The notes under the pieces are model-generated. The model saw only the letters and a program-made list of their open reading frames with translations, did not search any database and was not told the origin of the DNA. Positions 7,452 to 16,372 of a stretch of DNA of 19,980 nt are shown piece by piece. Each line of letters starts with the position of its first letter. Position 1 is the first letter of the stretch. Origin of the DNA: Acidimicrobiales bacterium (GTDB lineage Bacteria; Actinomycetota; Acidimicrobiia; Acidimicrobiales; SZUA-35); NCBI GenBank assembly GCA_037968895.1, contig JBBKWJ010000208.1, positions 1 through 19,980 on the forward strand. Direction: 5' to 3'. The translations under genes were made by a program, and so were the position numbers.

Positions 7452-7871
7452 ATGAGCGACCCCAAGCCAGCCCAGTTTCGGAAAACTAAGACAGGTAAGT
7501 GGGCCGTCATGGCGCCCGTCGAATCACTTGAGAAGGCACTCAAGGAAGATGGCGGCGTGGTGCAGGTCTTGAAGAAGTCGGGCGACTATTCGACCTTCAC
7601 CGTTGGCTCGCTCGGTAAGGCATTTGACGTCGACGGCGAACAGATGTGTTACGGATACAGCCCTGAAGACTCCGAAGACTCAGACGGTACTCGTGCTACG
7701 TCGTCACGATCAGCATCGCAACAGTCGAGCACAGGCGAATGGCCGGCCGCCTCAGACGCAGATCCGAGTCAACCGGGCACTGTGAATCTCGACGCTCCAC
7801 CCGCCGATTCGTCCGAACCAATGCCTGAATTTCAGGGCGGTTCAGACGACGAATGGGACGGCGGCTTCTAG
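7452..7871 (+). CDS. Hypothetical protein with a basic N-terminal domain and a long acidic Ser/Asp/Glu-rich tail ending DDEWDGGF
   Basis: The 139-aa ORF shows coding-like codon usage and no recognisable family. It sits 120 nt upstream of the NfeD-like gene on the same strand. Confidence 0.4.
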   Translation: MSDPKPAQFRKTKTGKWAVMAPVESLEKALKEDGGVVQVLKKSGDYSTFTVGSLGKAFDVDGEQMCYGYSPEDSEDSDGTRATSSRSASQQSSTGEWPAASDADPSQPGTVNLDAPPADSSEPMPEFQGGSDDEWDGGF

Positions 7872-7993
7872 CCGTCGGACATTTCTCGGGAACTCTCCGA
7901 CTCGTCTCGTCGTTTGCGCTACATCAGGTTGACGGCAATACTTCGGTGACTGGCGGCACATCTTGGCCACTGCACCAGATTTGGGGGAGTCGG

Positions 7994-8611
7994 GTGGAGC
8001 GTTTCATCGAAATAGCATTTGGCATGCCAACGGCGCTCTTTACGACGCTGTTGCTGATCTCGCTCGGCTACTGGATTGTCAGCCTTGTAAGCGGGATTGA
8101 CAGCGGAGCGGAGGTTGGCCTCGATGCCGATGTTGATACTGACTTCGAGGCGTCTGCTGGCTTACTGGCGGCACTTGGGCTTCACCGCATCCCATTCAGT
8201 CTGGTGATCACGGTGGTGTCGCTCACGGCGTGGCTTATCTCTCTCATTCTTGTGTTTCTCGTGACCGATGGAGGATCGACCTCACTATGGTTGGCTCTAC
8301 CAATCATCTTCGGTTCCCTGATCGGTGGACTGCTCGTAGCAAGTCCGGTCGCTCGCCTCGCGGCGCCCTTGTTCGCAGTTCACCCCGCGATGCATAGAGA
8401 AGATCTCATTGGTCGGGAATGCGTTGTCAAGACCGGTCATGTCGATGAAAGTTTCGGGCAAGCCGAGGTGGTCGACGAAGAATACGGAACTCATATTGTT
8501 CAGGTGCGGTGCCCGGCTCCCAATGAGCTGCGCTCAGGCACGAAGGCACATCTCATCGATGTCAATAACGACGGTGAGTTCCAGATCGCAGCAGGACTGT
8601 TGGACTTCTAG
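7994..8611 (+). CDS. YqiJ/NfeD-like inner-membrane protein (DUF1449-like) with a C-terminal OB-fold
   Basis: The protein has two or three TM helices followed by a soluble beta-rich C-terminus, LIGRECVVKTGHVDESFGQAEVVDEEYGTHIVQVRCPAPNELRSGTKAHLIDV, which is comparable to the E. coli YqiJ C-terminus. It lies immediately upstream of the flotillin gene, as in yqiJK and nfeD-floT pairs. The start is chosen as GTG 7994 with a GGGGGAG RBS (ATG 8024 is the alternative). The track's 7853 start overlaps the previous gene. Confidence 0.65.
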   Translation: MERFIEIAFGMPTALFTTLLLISLGYWIVSLVSGIDSGAEVGLDADVDTDFEASAGLLAALGLHRIPFSLVITVVSLTAWLISLILVFLVTDGGSTSLWLALPIIFGSLIGGLLVASPVARLAAPLFAVHPAMHREDLIGRECVVKTGHVDESFGQAEVVDEEYGTHIVQVRCPAPNELRSGTKAHLIDVNNDGEFQIAAGLLDF

Positions 8612-8672
8612 GACTGCACAGAGCTAGTCCTGCACACACACTCGAAGTAAGAAAAGAAGGATAAGGGGTCAC

Positions 8673-10589
8673 ATGGATACGGTAATAATCGGCATTTTGG
8701 TCGTCGTAGCGGTGGTGTTGCTTGTATTACTCGCAGTCGCAGCGATGATCTCGACGTTGTACAAGAAGGTCCCTCAAGGTAAGGCGTTGGTCGTTTCGAC
8801 GATGAAGACAGTTGCCGTCACCTTCACCGGCCGAGTTGTCCTTCCGGTGGTGCACAAGGCCGAGGTGATGGACATCTCAGTGAAGACGATCGAGATCGAT
8901 CGTCGAGGCGCTGAAGGGCTTATCTGCCAGGACAACATTAGGGCTGACATCAAGGTCAACTTCTTTGTCAGGGTGAACAAGGCCGAAGAGGATGTCATCA
9001 AGGTTGCTCAAGCCATTGGTTGCAACCGGGCTAGCGACATTGTGACTCTTGAGGAGCTATTTGCTGCCAAGTTCTCCGAAGCGTTGAAGACCGTTGGCAA
9101 GCAGATGGAGTTCGTCTCGCTCTATACCGAGCGGGCTTTATTCCGTGATCGGATCATCGCCGTCATTGGCACCGATCTCAACGGGTACGCGCTCGAAGAC
9201 GTCGCTATCGACTATCTCGAGCAGACTCCCCTCAATCAGCTCGATTCGAACAACATTCTTGACGCCCAAGGCATTCGTAAGATCACTGAGCTCACTGCGA
9301 TAGAGCGCGTAGCCACCAATAACGCGTCGAACGACGAGTCGAAGCAGATAACGGCCAAGAACGTGGAGACACGGGAAGCAGTGTTGGAGCTTGAGCGTCA
9401 GCAGGCCGATGCCGAAGCGCGTCAACGTCGCGAGGTCGAGACCGTCAAGGCTCGTGAGCAAGCCACAATTGACACCATCGTCGCCGAAGAAACACTTCGA
9501 GCTGAGATGGCTAATCTCGAAGTTCAACAGAAGATTGGGATCGAGCAAGAGAACCTACAGCGCGAGGTCGAAGTCGCAGGGAAGAACCGCGAGCGAGTGC
9601 TGGCGGTTGAAACCGAGCGCGTGCAGAAGGCACAAGAGCTTGAAATGATGTCTCGCCGAGTCGAGACACTGTCGGCCGAGAAGTCGTTGGAAGAAGAGAA
9701 GGGCACGATTGCCGAGATTCGGCGGAGCCGGGTCGCCACAGAGAAGACCGTCGCTGAGCAAGAAGAGTCAATCGAGACGCTTCGTGTTGTCGAGCAAGCG
9801 AATCGGGAGCGGCAGGCAATCGTGGTCATGGCCGAGGGTGAGGCTCAGAGCCTCCTCGTCAAAGACATTAAGAAGGCTGAGGCCGCGGAAGAAGCGTCCC
9901 GCCATGAAGCGACGCGCCAGCTCACTCTGGCCAAGGCCGAAATGGAGGCCGCCGATCTTTCAGCACAAGCGAAGATTCGACTAGCTGAAGGTGTGAAAGC
10001 CGAATCAGCTGCCATCGGACTCGGCGAGGTCGAGGTTGACCGGGCAAAGGCAAACGCAATTCGGGAAACCGGAATCGCACACGTCGACGTCGAGCGAGCA
10101 CAGGCCGAGATTGTTCGCGAGCTCGGAACCGCCGAAGCCTCCGCCATAGAGGCCAAGTTGAAGGGCGAGGCCTCTGGTCTGACCGAAAAGGCTGAAGCCA
10201 TGAAGAAGCTCGAAGGCGTTGGACAAGAGCACGAAGAGTTCGTACGCGAGCTTGAAGCAGATACCAAGGTGCGACTTGCCGAGGTCGAGGCTCGAGTCGG
10301 TGTCGCAACGGCTCAGGCCGACGCGATGAAGACCGGTCTCGAGAATGCCAACATCGATATTGTCGGCGGCTCGGACATTTTCATTGACCGACTCGTCGGC
10401 TCTATTTCGGCTGGCAAATCAGTCGACGCATTCGTTGACTCATCGGAGGTCGCGGCCACCGCGGCAGCCCCGTACCTAGAAGGCAAGGAAGACCTCATCG
10501 CCAAGATTGGTGAGGCAGTATCAGGTATGGGTGCTGACGGCATCCGTGACCTCACTGTGGCTGATCTGCTTCGCAAACTCGGCAAGTGA
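8673..10589 (+). CDS. Flotillin-like SPFH/band-7 protein (YqiK/FloT family) with a long E/A/R-rich coiled-coil C-terminal region
   Basis: An N-terminal TM helix (IIGILVVVAVVLLVLLAVAAMI) is followed by LYKKVPQGKALVV and an SPFH domain, then roughly 350 aa of EA-rich heptad repeats. An AAGGATAAGGGG RBS precedes the ATG. The architecture matches E. coli YqiK and B. subtilis FloT. Confidence 0.85.
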   Translation: MDTVIIGILVVVAVVLLVLLAVAAMISTLYKKVPQGKALVVSTMKTVAVTFTGRVVLPVVHKAEVMDISVKTIEIDRRGAEGLICQDNIRADIKVNFFVRVNKAEEDVIKVAQAIGCNRASDIVTLEELFAAKFSEALKTVGKQMEFVSLYTERALFRDRIIAVIGTDLNGYALEDVAIDYLEQTPLNQLDSNNILDAQGIRKITELTAIERVATNNASNDESKQITAKNVETREAVLELERQQADAEARQRREVETVKAREQATIDTIVAEETLRAEMANLEVQQKIGIEQENLQREVEVAGKNRERVLAVETERVQKAQELEMMSRRVETLSAEKSLEEEKGTIAEIRRSRVATEKTVAEQEESIETLRVVEQANRERQAIVVMAEGEAQSLLVKDIKKAEAAEEASRHEATRQLTLAKAEMEAADLSAQAKIRLAEGVKAESAAIGLGEVEVDRAKANAIRETGIAHVDVERAQAEIVRELGTAEASAIEAKLKGEASGLTEKAEAMKKLEGVGQEHEEFVRELEADTKVRLAEVEARVGVATAQADAMKTGLENANIDIVGGSDIFIDRLVGSISAGKSVDAFVDSSEVAATAAAPYLEGKEDLIAKIGEAVSGMGADGIRDLTVADLLRKLGK

Positions 10590-13500
10590 GCACTTATGAC
10601 CTCCTTCGTAGTCGGCTTGAGGCGAGCGCAACTGCGCTCGCCGAGCGCGCTGGTTCGCTCAACAAGCGTCGAACCGAGGTCTTTGGGTCGTCCGTATTCG
10701 CGTTGAGGGGAACCGAGCGGCTCCGTAGCGAAAACGCAAACGTGCCCCGCGATGTTTCAAGTATCGACGGCCAACTCATTGTTGCGTACAACCCGGCACC
10801 GGGAGCGCTGACGTCAGTCAAGCCAAACGACATTTTTGCTATCCACAATCTGGAGCGTTCGTCGTCAGGCGAGATGGTACTTAACGCGAACCCGAACGGG
10901 CTCGATGCGTCTGTCCTTGACGACGCCCAGTTTCGACGCGACTTCGACGAGCTTCATACGTACTACAAAGACGCTCGAGTCCAGCAGTTGTATCGTGTTG
11001 CGAACCGCATGCTCGCTGTATTCCGCATTGGGACAGCGCGTTCTGACATCCGAGTTCTGAGATGGTCAGTCAATCCTGACGGGTCACTCCAGTACCTCGA
11101 CGCTCGCGGCGAACGTGATCACAAAGCGCCTGCTCGCCACGATGTCGACTGGACGTTGGTGACTCGGGAAGACCATGTCGGCGAGTCACACGTCTCGCTA
11201 TCGGACCGGGTACTGATTAACCCTCTCAACGGCACCATTGAGCTGATGATGCCCGACCGTTCGCTTCTGCTGAGCGATCCGGTGAACCATGCCGACCAGT
11301 CACTTGCGGACTGCACAATCCGGTGGGCAACGTGTGGCGACCTCATCGTCATCGACCTGTTGCCGTACGGCGAGCTCGACCATCGCTACTACGTCGCGAA
11401 TTTGCTCGATCACACTGCCACCAGAATTGATGAACTTGGTCAGGCGTTTCGCCAGTTGCCCGAGGGACAGGGTTTCATCCATCCGAGAGGTGTCTTTCTC
11501 AAGAATGGACAACACCAGTCGTTCGATCTCGAGGCCGACCAGATGGAACTACTTGAGGTTGTGCGATCACCCAATGGCGAGGACATGTTGTATGTCTTCT
11601 ACGAGCAGGAATCAGGACGGTCGATCCTCCTGCCATACAACGTGGTTCGCCAGGAGGTCACGACTCCACTTCGGTGCGATGGGCATTCGATCTTTGCTGA
11701 CGGAACCATGGTGATGTTCCGCGAAGAACATGAGCCCACCCGAATTCACCCAATGCAGATTTGGGAGACCCCATTCGCCAGCGACGAATGGTTCGCCGCT
11801 CAACCTCGCGAGATCTCCGACCTTGACCGAATAGGAAATGCTGCGCTCGTGCGAGGCATTGCTGACGCGCTTGCGCTTTCGAGACTCATTGGCAGCATTG
11901 AACCCTCGTCGGAGCTCTACGGTGACCTCCTCGGCTCCGTGGGGCGCTTCCTCGACCAGCATCATTGGGCAGAGTCAGTCGATGTTGGCAACCTCGCTGA
12001 ACCGGCACGAGAGATGCAGGTTGTTGCTGGACAGGTCATTGACGAGTTCGAACGAGTGCTCGAGGTTAAAGCCGTGGCAACGGCGACGCTCGACGAAGCG
12101 CGTCAGACGTTCAATCAGCATCACGAAGAAGAACGAATTTCGCCGCCGGCGACCACAGAAGCGTTCATCAATCTGCTAGGGCTTTATCGCCACGATCTGG
12201 GCCATCTTCACTCGATCCGAGACCAGCCTGAAGTCGACGTGGCCGCTGTCGACGAACTAGTAACCGAAGCAACCGCAGCCCACGCCGCAACGGCTCAGAA
12301 GGCGGCCGGACACCTCGCAGGCGACGGAGCATTTGCTCCTTACCACGAACGATTAGCGCGGATCACAGGTTCAATCGACGAAGCTGGGTCGTCAATCGCA
12401 GCGCGTGAGCTCCTTGAGGAAGTCGACGGGGTTGCAACCTCAATGGACGTGGTTTCTTCCACCGTTGGCGACCTTGTTGTTGACGACCCCCGAGTGCGAA
12501 CTTCAGTTCTCGAACAGGTGTCGCAGGTTCTCGCTTCCTTAAATCAGGTGCGAGCTCGTGTCGAGACGAAACAAGAATCGCTGATTGAGGCAGAGACCGG
12601 AGCGTCGTTCGCAACCGAGCTTGGGCTCTTTGGTCAGTCGATTGCATCGGCACTGAGCAGAGTCGATGAGCCGAAGGGGTGCGACGAAGCGTTGGGGCGG
12701 CTTCTTCTGCAGCTCGAACAGCTTGAGACTGCTGGTCCGCGCAGCGACGAGCAGATCCGTGAGCTTGAACTTCGTCGCGAGCAGGTAACCGAAACGGTCT
12801 CGGCGCGGCGCCAGAAACTCGTCGATGAACGGGAGGCCAAAGCACAACGGCTCGTTGGAGCCGCCGAGCGAACACTCGAACGGATCACAGAACGTGCGGC
12901 GGCACTTCCGTCCGTGGACGATGTGAACGGGTTCTTTGCCGCTGATCCCATGACTGCTCGCGTCCGCGACCTGACAGACCAGCTTCGCGAGCTCGGCGAG
13001 GCCGTAAAGGCGGACGAACTCAAGAGCCAGTTGGGGGCGGCTCGCGACAATGCGGCGCGCCTCATTCTCGATCGAGCCGAACTCTTCGACGGCGAGCTCA
13101 TCAAACTTGGTCGCCATCGTTTTAGCGTCGACAAACAGCGCCGCGAACTGACGATCGTGCCCCGAGACGGACGTTTACAGGCTGTCTTGACCGGAACAGA
13201 CTTCGCACTCGACCTCCACGATGAGCGCCTAGAAGCGCACCGTGACCTGTGGAGCGAACCGCTGGTGTCGGAGTCGCGTGACCTCTACCGGGGTGCATAC
13301 CTCGCGGCCGGCATCCTTGACGACGCCTTGAGTTCTGGACAAGTGCCAATGTGGGAAGACGTCGTTCGCGAAGCAGTCGACTCTCGTCTCGACGAGGGCT
13401 ACGACCGCGGTGTGCATGACCACGATGCAGTCCTCCTCGTATCGGCGTGGGCAGCAGGCGCAGCGACTGCTGGCCCTCTCCTGTATCCAAGCCGTGTTCG

Positions 13501-15262
13501 GGCCGAGGCGCTGTGGCACTGGTTCGACGAACTGAGCGAGGAACAGCGGGTCGATTGGATCGGCCGTGGCAAGGCGGCAGCCGAGCTCGGACAAGCAGTT
13601 GAGCCCGTTCTCGGCAGCTACATGGCAGACGAACTCACCGCATCTGCGGGGTTCGCTCCGTCGATGTCTCACGAGACCGCGCGCCATGTGCGGCTGTTTT
13701 CCGGCGACCAGAAAGTGCAATCGGTGCTTACGTCGGCCAGCCAAAATCCACGAGCGTATCGAGAGGTACTTGAGCGGTACGTCGCCGCTTCGGCACCCTA
13801 CGACATCGCAGCCGAGATTGTCGTCACGCTCCTGTTCCCAGAGCCTGAGCGCCGTATTCGCACGATCGATCTCGACTGCACCGTCAGCGGTCTGCTAGGA
13901 CGTCACCCAACGATTCAGGATGGCACGCTCAGAGTGTCTCTCGACGAGCTGCTTGACCTGTCCCGCCACCAACGCAACGATGTTGCGCCCCGTCACCGGG
14001 CATTTGTGGCGGCTCGGCGTGAAATCGTCGACCAGCTCAAGGGAAACCTCCGCGTACATGACCTTGTGCCGCACGTGCCAGAAGGCTTTGTGCGAAACCG
14101 GCTTATCGACGAGGTGTATCTCCCGCTCATTGGCGGCAACCTGGCTCGCCAGATCGGCACTGTCGACGACACATCTGCTGCACGATCGGGCCTTCTGATG
14201 CTGCTGTCGCCTCCCGGTTACGGCAAGACAACACTCATTGAGTACGTGGCTGATCGCCTAGGTATGGCGCTAGTTAAGGTGTCCGGACCGGGGTTGGGAC
14301 ACGATGTCACATCGCTTGACCCGGCTCAGGCGGCGAGTAGCACGTCTCGTCGTGAGCTCGATCGAATCAACATGGCGTTTGCGATTGCGTCAAACGTGAT
14401 CCTCTACATCGACGACATTCAGCACACGAATCCCGAGTTTCTACAGCGCTTCATTTCACTCACTGATGCTCAACGAAGAGTCGAGGGGGTGCTTGAAGGC
14501 GAATCGCGCACGTTCGATCTTCGTGGAAAGCGCTTTGCCGTCGTCATGGCCGGCAATCCGTATACAGAGTCGGGGGAGCGGTTTCGTATTCCCGACATGC
14601 TGGCAAACCGTGCCGATACCTACAACCTGGGTGATGTGCTGGCAGACAGTGAGCGTGCCTTTGCGCTTAGCTACATCGAGAACTCTCTCACATCCAACCC
14701 GGCTGTGACCCGAATCGGGCGTGACCTCGATGCGTTCATGGCTGGCCTGGATGGTGGGTCGGTCGACGAAGCGGCGCTGACCCAGCGCTATTCTGCGGCC
14801 GAACAGAACGATATTGTTCGCCTGCTCCATCACCTCAGAACTGTCCAGCAGACGGTTCTGACAGTGAATAGGCAGTACATCGCGTCTGCGGCGACAGGGG
14901 ATGCATATCGCACCGAACCGCCGTTTCTGCTGCAAGGTTCATACCGAAATATGACGAGATTGGCAGCACAGTTGCTGCCAGCGATGACAGAGGATGAAGT
15001 TGAGGAGATTCTCGACGCTCACTACACGGCTGAGTCTCAGTCATTGACTGGAGCGGCCGAGGCGAATCTTCTGAAGCTGGCGCAACTTCGAGGCAAGATG
15101 ACGCCAACCCAAGAGACTCGCTGGAACGAGATCATCACAGTCTTCCAGCGAAAGCAGCGCCTTGGTGGTGGCGACGACGACCCTGTTGCGCGCGTCGTCG
15201 CCGCGATAGATCAGGTCTCCGATGCCCTGAGCGGTCGAGTCAACCACTCTCCGTACGATTAG
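10586..15262 (+). CDS. Giant (1558 aa) flotillin-associated protein with a C-terminal AAA_5 (MoxR/McrB-like) ATPase domain; function unknown
   Basis: The GTG start overlaps the flotillin TGA stop (aaGTGAgc). A Walker A motif LLMLLSPPGYGKTTL lies at roughly nt 14210-14240. A Walker B motif VILYIDDIQH lies at roughly nt 14395-14425. Sensor-1 is AVVMAGNPY, and a MoxR-like motif is FRIPDMLANRADTY. The central region, roughly aa 600-900, is long, helical and coiled-coil-like. The first ~400 aa match no family I recognise. Confidence 0.8.
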   Translation: MSTYDLLRSRLEASATALAERAGSLNKRRTEVFGSSVFALRGTERLRSENANVPRDVSSIDGQLIVAYNPAPGALTSVKPNDIFAIHNLERSSSGEMVLNANPNGLDASVLDDAQFRRDFDELHTYYKDARVQQLYRVANRMLAVFRIGTARSDIRVLRWSVNPDGSLQYLDARGERDHKAPARHDVDWTLVTREDHVGESHVSLSDRVLINPLNGTIELMMPDRSLLLSDPVNHADQSLADCTIRWATCGDLIVIDLLPYGELDHRYYVANLLDHTATRIDELGQAFRQLPEGQGFIHPRGVFLKNGQHQSFDLEADQMELLEVVRSPNGEDMLYVFYEQESGRSILLPYNVVRQEVTTPLRCDGHSIFADGTMVMFREEHEPTRIHPMQIWETPFASDEWFAAQPREISDLDRIGNAALVRGIADALALSRLIGSIEPSSELYGDLLGSVGRFLDQHHWAESVDVGNLAEPAREMQVVAGQVIDEFERVLEVKAVATATLDEARQTFNQHHEEERISPPATTEAFINLLGLYRHDLGHLHSIRDQPEVDVAAVDELVTEATAAHAATAQKAAGHLAGDGAFAPYHERLARITGSIDEAGSSIAARELLEEVDGVATSMDVVSSTVGDLVVDDPRVRTSVLEQVSQVLASLNQVRARVETKQESLIEAETGASFATELGLFGQSIASALSRVDEPKGCDEALGRLLLQLEQLETAGPRSDEQIRELELRREQVTETVSARRQKLVDEREAKAQRLVGAAERTLERITERAAALPSVDDVNGFFAADPMTARVRDLTDQLRELGEAVKADELKSQLGAARDNAARLILDRAELFDGELIKLGRHRFSVDKQRRELTIVPRDGRLQAVLTGTDFALDLHDERLEAHRDLWSEPLVSESRDLYRGAYLAAGILDDALSSGQVPMWEDVVREAVDSRLDEGYDRGVHDHDAVLLVSAWAAGAATAGPLLYPSRVRAEALWHWFDELSEEQRVDWIGRGKAAAELGQAVEPVLGSYMADELTASAGFAPSMSHETARHVRLFSGDQKVQSVLTSASQNPRAYREVLERYVAASAPYDIAAEIVVTLLFPEPERRIRTIDLDCTVSGLLGRHPTIQDGTLRVSLDELLDLSRHQRNDVAPRHRAFVAARREIVDQLKGNLRVHDLVPHVPEGFVRNRLIDEVYLPLIGGNLARQIGTVDDTSAARSGLLMLLSPPGYGKTTLIEYVADRLGMALVKVSGPGLGHDVTSLDPAQAASSTSRRELDRINMAFAIASNVILYIDDIQHTNPEFLQRFISLTDAQRRVEGVLEGESRTFDLRGKRFAVVMAGNPYTESGERFRIPDMLANRADTYNLGDVLADSERAFALSYIENSLTSNPAVTRIGRDLDAFMAGLDGGSVDEAALTQRYSAAEQNDIVRLLHHLRTVQQTVLTVNRQYIASAATGDAYRTEPPFLLQGSYRNMTRLAAQLLPAMTEDEVEEILDAHYTAESQSLTGAAEANLLKLAQLRGKMTPTQETRWNEIITVFQRKQRLGGGDDDPVARVVAAIDQVSDALSGRVNHSPYD

Positions 15263-15304
15263 CCACGGCGCGGGACGCCGCAGTGCACTGTCTACAGTCA
15301 CGGC

Positions 15305-16372
15305 ATGAATTCCCCCTACTCTCGAATACCTTCGTCCGCTGCTCTTCTCGTTCTACCCCTGGTCGCGGCAGCGTGTGCCAGTAATGTGGATGCTGCGGCC
15401 GTGTCGACTCCAGTAACGACCGAGGTTGTCGAGACGGCCACTACTGCGGTGCAAACTACCGAGACGCCGAAAACGGTCGCTCCAGTCACAGAGTGCGGGA
15501 CGCCGGGCGTCGCCGAATACACGCTCGAAGAATCTGGAACGAGTTACGCCGTCCGTGTGTTTTTGCCCCGAGCGATCGACGCTGAGGCACCCGCTCCCGT
15601 CGTGCTGAATTGGCATGGTCTTGGTTCGGAGGGCTCAGTCCAAGCAACCTTCACTGCGTATGAGATGCTCGCCGAGTCCAAAGGTTTCATTGTGGCGAGC
15701 CCGACAGGAGTCCCCGCCCCTGGTGATGATCGAAACTCATGGGAGTTGATTCAGCTCGACACACCAGACCGCGACGATGTTGCCTTCGCGTCAGCCCTAA
15801 TTGACGACATCACTGAGCGCTTCTGCGGTGATGTAACCCGCGTCTATTCCACCGGAATGTCAAACGGCGGACTGTTTACGAGCCGCCTGATCTGTGACCT
15901 TGCCGACAAGATTGCAGCCGCGTCGTCGGTCGCCGGACTCACCCATCCCGACGAATGCGAACCATCTCGAGCGGTGCCGTTCATCGCATTTCATGGCACC
16001 GACGATGGCGTCGTGCCGTACGACGGAACCAGAGGCTCAAGCAGCCTCCTACCTTCCGGAGCCCCGCCAGAACTCGTCGAGTTCTTCTCACAGGTCATGC
16101 CCGATGAGTTTGCCGAGTTCGCGGCTGACGCAGGTTGCTCGGCGGAGCCGGTCGTGACTGAAATTTCTGGAGAACTCATTTCGTACGATTATCAGGGTTG
16201 TGCGAACGACACTCCGATGACGTTCTACGAATTTATTGGTGGCGGGCACACATGGCCCGGCTCACCCTTCGCTGCGATCCTCGAAGCGAGCGGACTTGGC
16301 TATACGACGCTCGATATCGACGCCACGGCCGCCTCGTGGGAGTTCTTCCAGCAGCACACGCTCAACGATTAG
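15305..16372 (+). CDS. Secreted esterase lipoprotein, PHB-depolymerase family (LpqC-like, COG3509)
   Basis: A signal peptide with a lipobox-like ...LVAAAC is followed by a Thr/Val-rich linker. The Ser nucleophile is in GMSNGG (GxSxG). The motifs FHGTDDGVVPY and GGGHTWPG are typical of LpqC-type esterases. Confidence 0.7.
   Translation: MNSPYSRIPSSAALLVLPLVAAACASNVDAAAVSTPVTTEVVETATTAVQTTETPKTVAPVTECGTPGVAEYTLEESGTSYAVRVFLPRAIDAEAPAPVVLNWHGLGSEGSVQATFTAYEMLAESKGFIVASPTGVPAPGDDRNSWELIQLDTPDRDDVAFASALIDDITERFCGDVTRVYSTGMSNGGLFTSRLICDLADKIAAASSVAGLTHPDECEPSRAVPFIAFHGTDDGVVPYDGTRGSSSLLPSGAPPELVEFFSQVMPDEFAEFAADAGCSAEPVVTEISGELISYDYQGCANDTPMTFYEFIGGGHTWPGSPFAAILEASGLGYTTLDIDATAASWEFFQQHTLND

Noticed and set aside
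7853-7993. ATG at 7853 as the start of the NfeD-like gene
   Set aside because: It would overlap the preceding gene by 19 nt and add 47 non-hydrophobic residues before the first TM helix. The GTG at 7994 behind GGGGGAG, or the ATG at 8024, fits YqiJ-like proteins better.
8610-8631. Hairpin AGGACU-(10 nt)-AGUCCU just after the NfeD-like stop
   Set aside because: It is only a 6-7 bp stem with no downstream U-tract, so it is unlikely to be an intrinsic terminator. It is at most a weak pause or processing element, and the genes still look co-transcribed.
9138-10308. Several minus-strand ORFs (9138..9548, 9511..9829, 9845..10267, 9922..10308) and an apparent nucleotide repetitiveness across the flotillin coiled-coil region
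   Set aside because: The GAG/GCC/CGN periodicity is the nucleotide shadow of the E/A/R-rich heptad repeats of the flotillin C-terminus. It is not a DNA repeat element or CRISPR-like array, and the antisense ORFs are artefacts.
12363-14935. Long minus-strand ORFs inside the giant ATPase gene (12363..12875, 12539..13117, 12634..13134, 13122..13490, 13229..13744, 14456..14935)
   Set aside because: They are antisense to a gene with clear motif-level support. Their Arg/Ala/Ser-rich low-complexity products are typical of open antisense frames in roughly 65% GC DNA.
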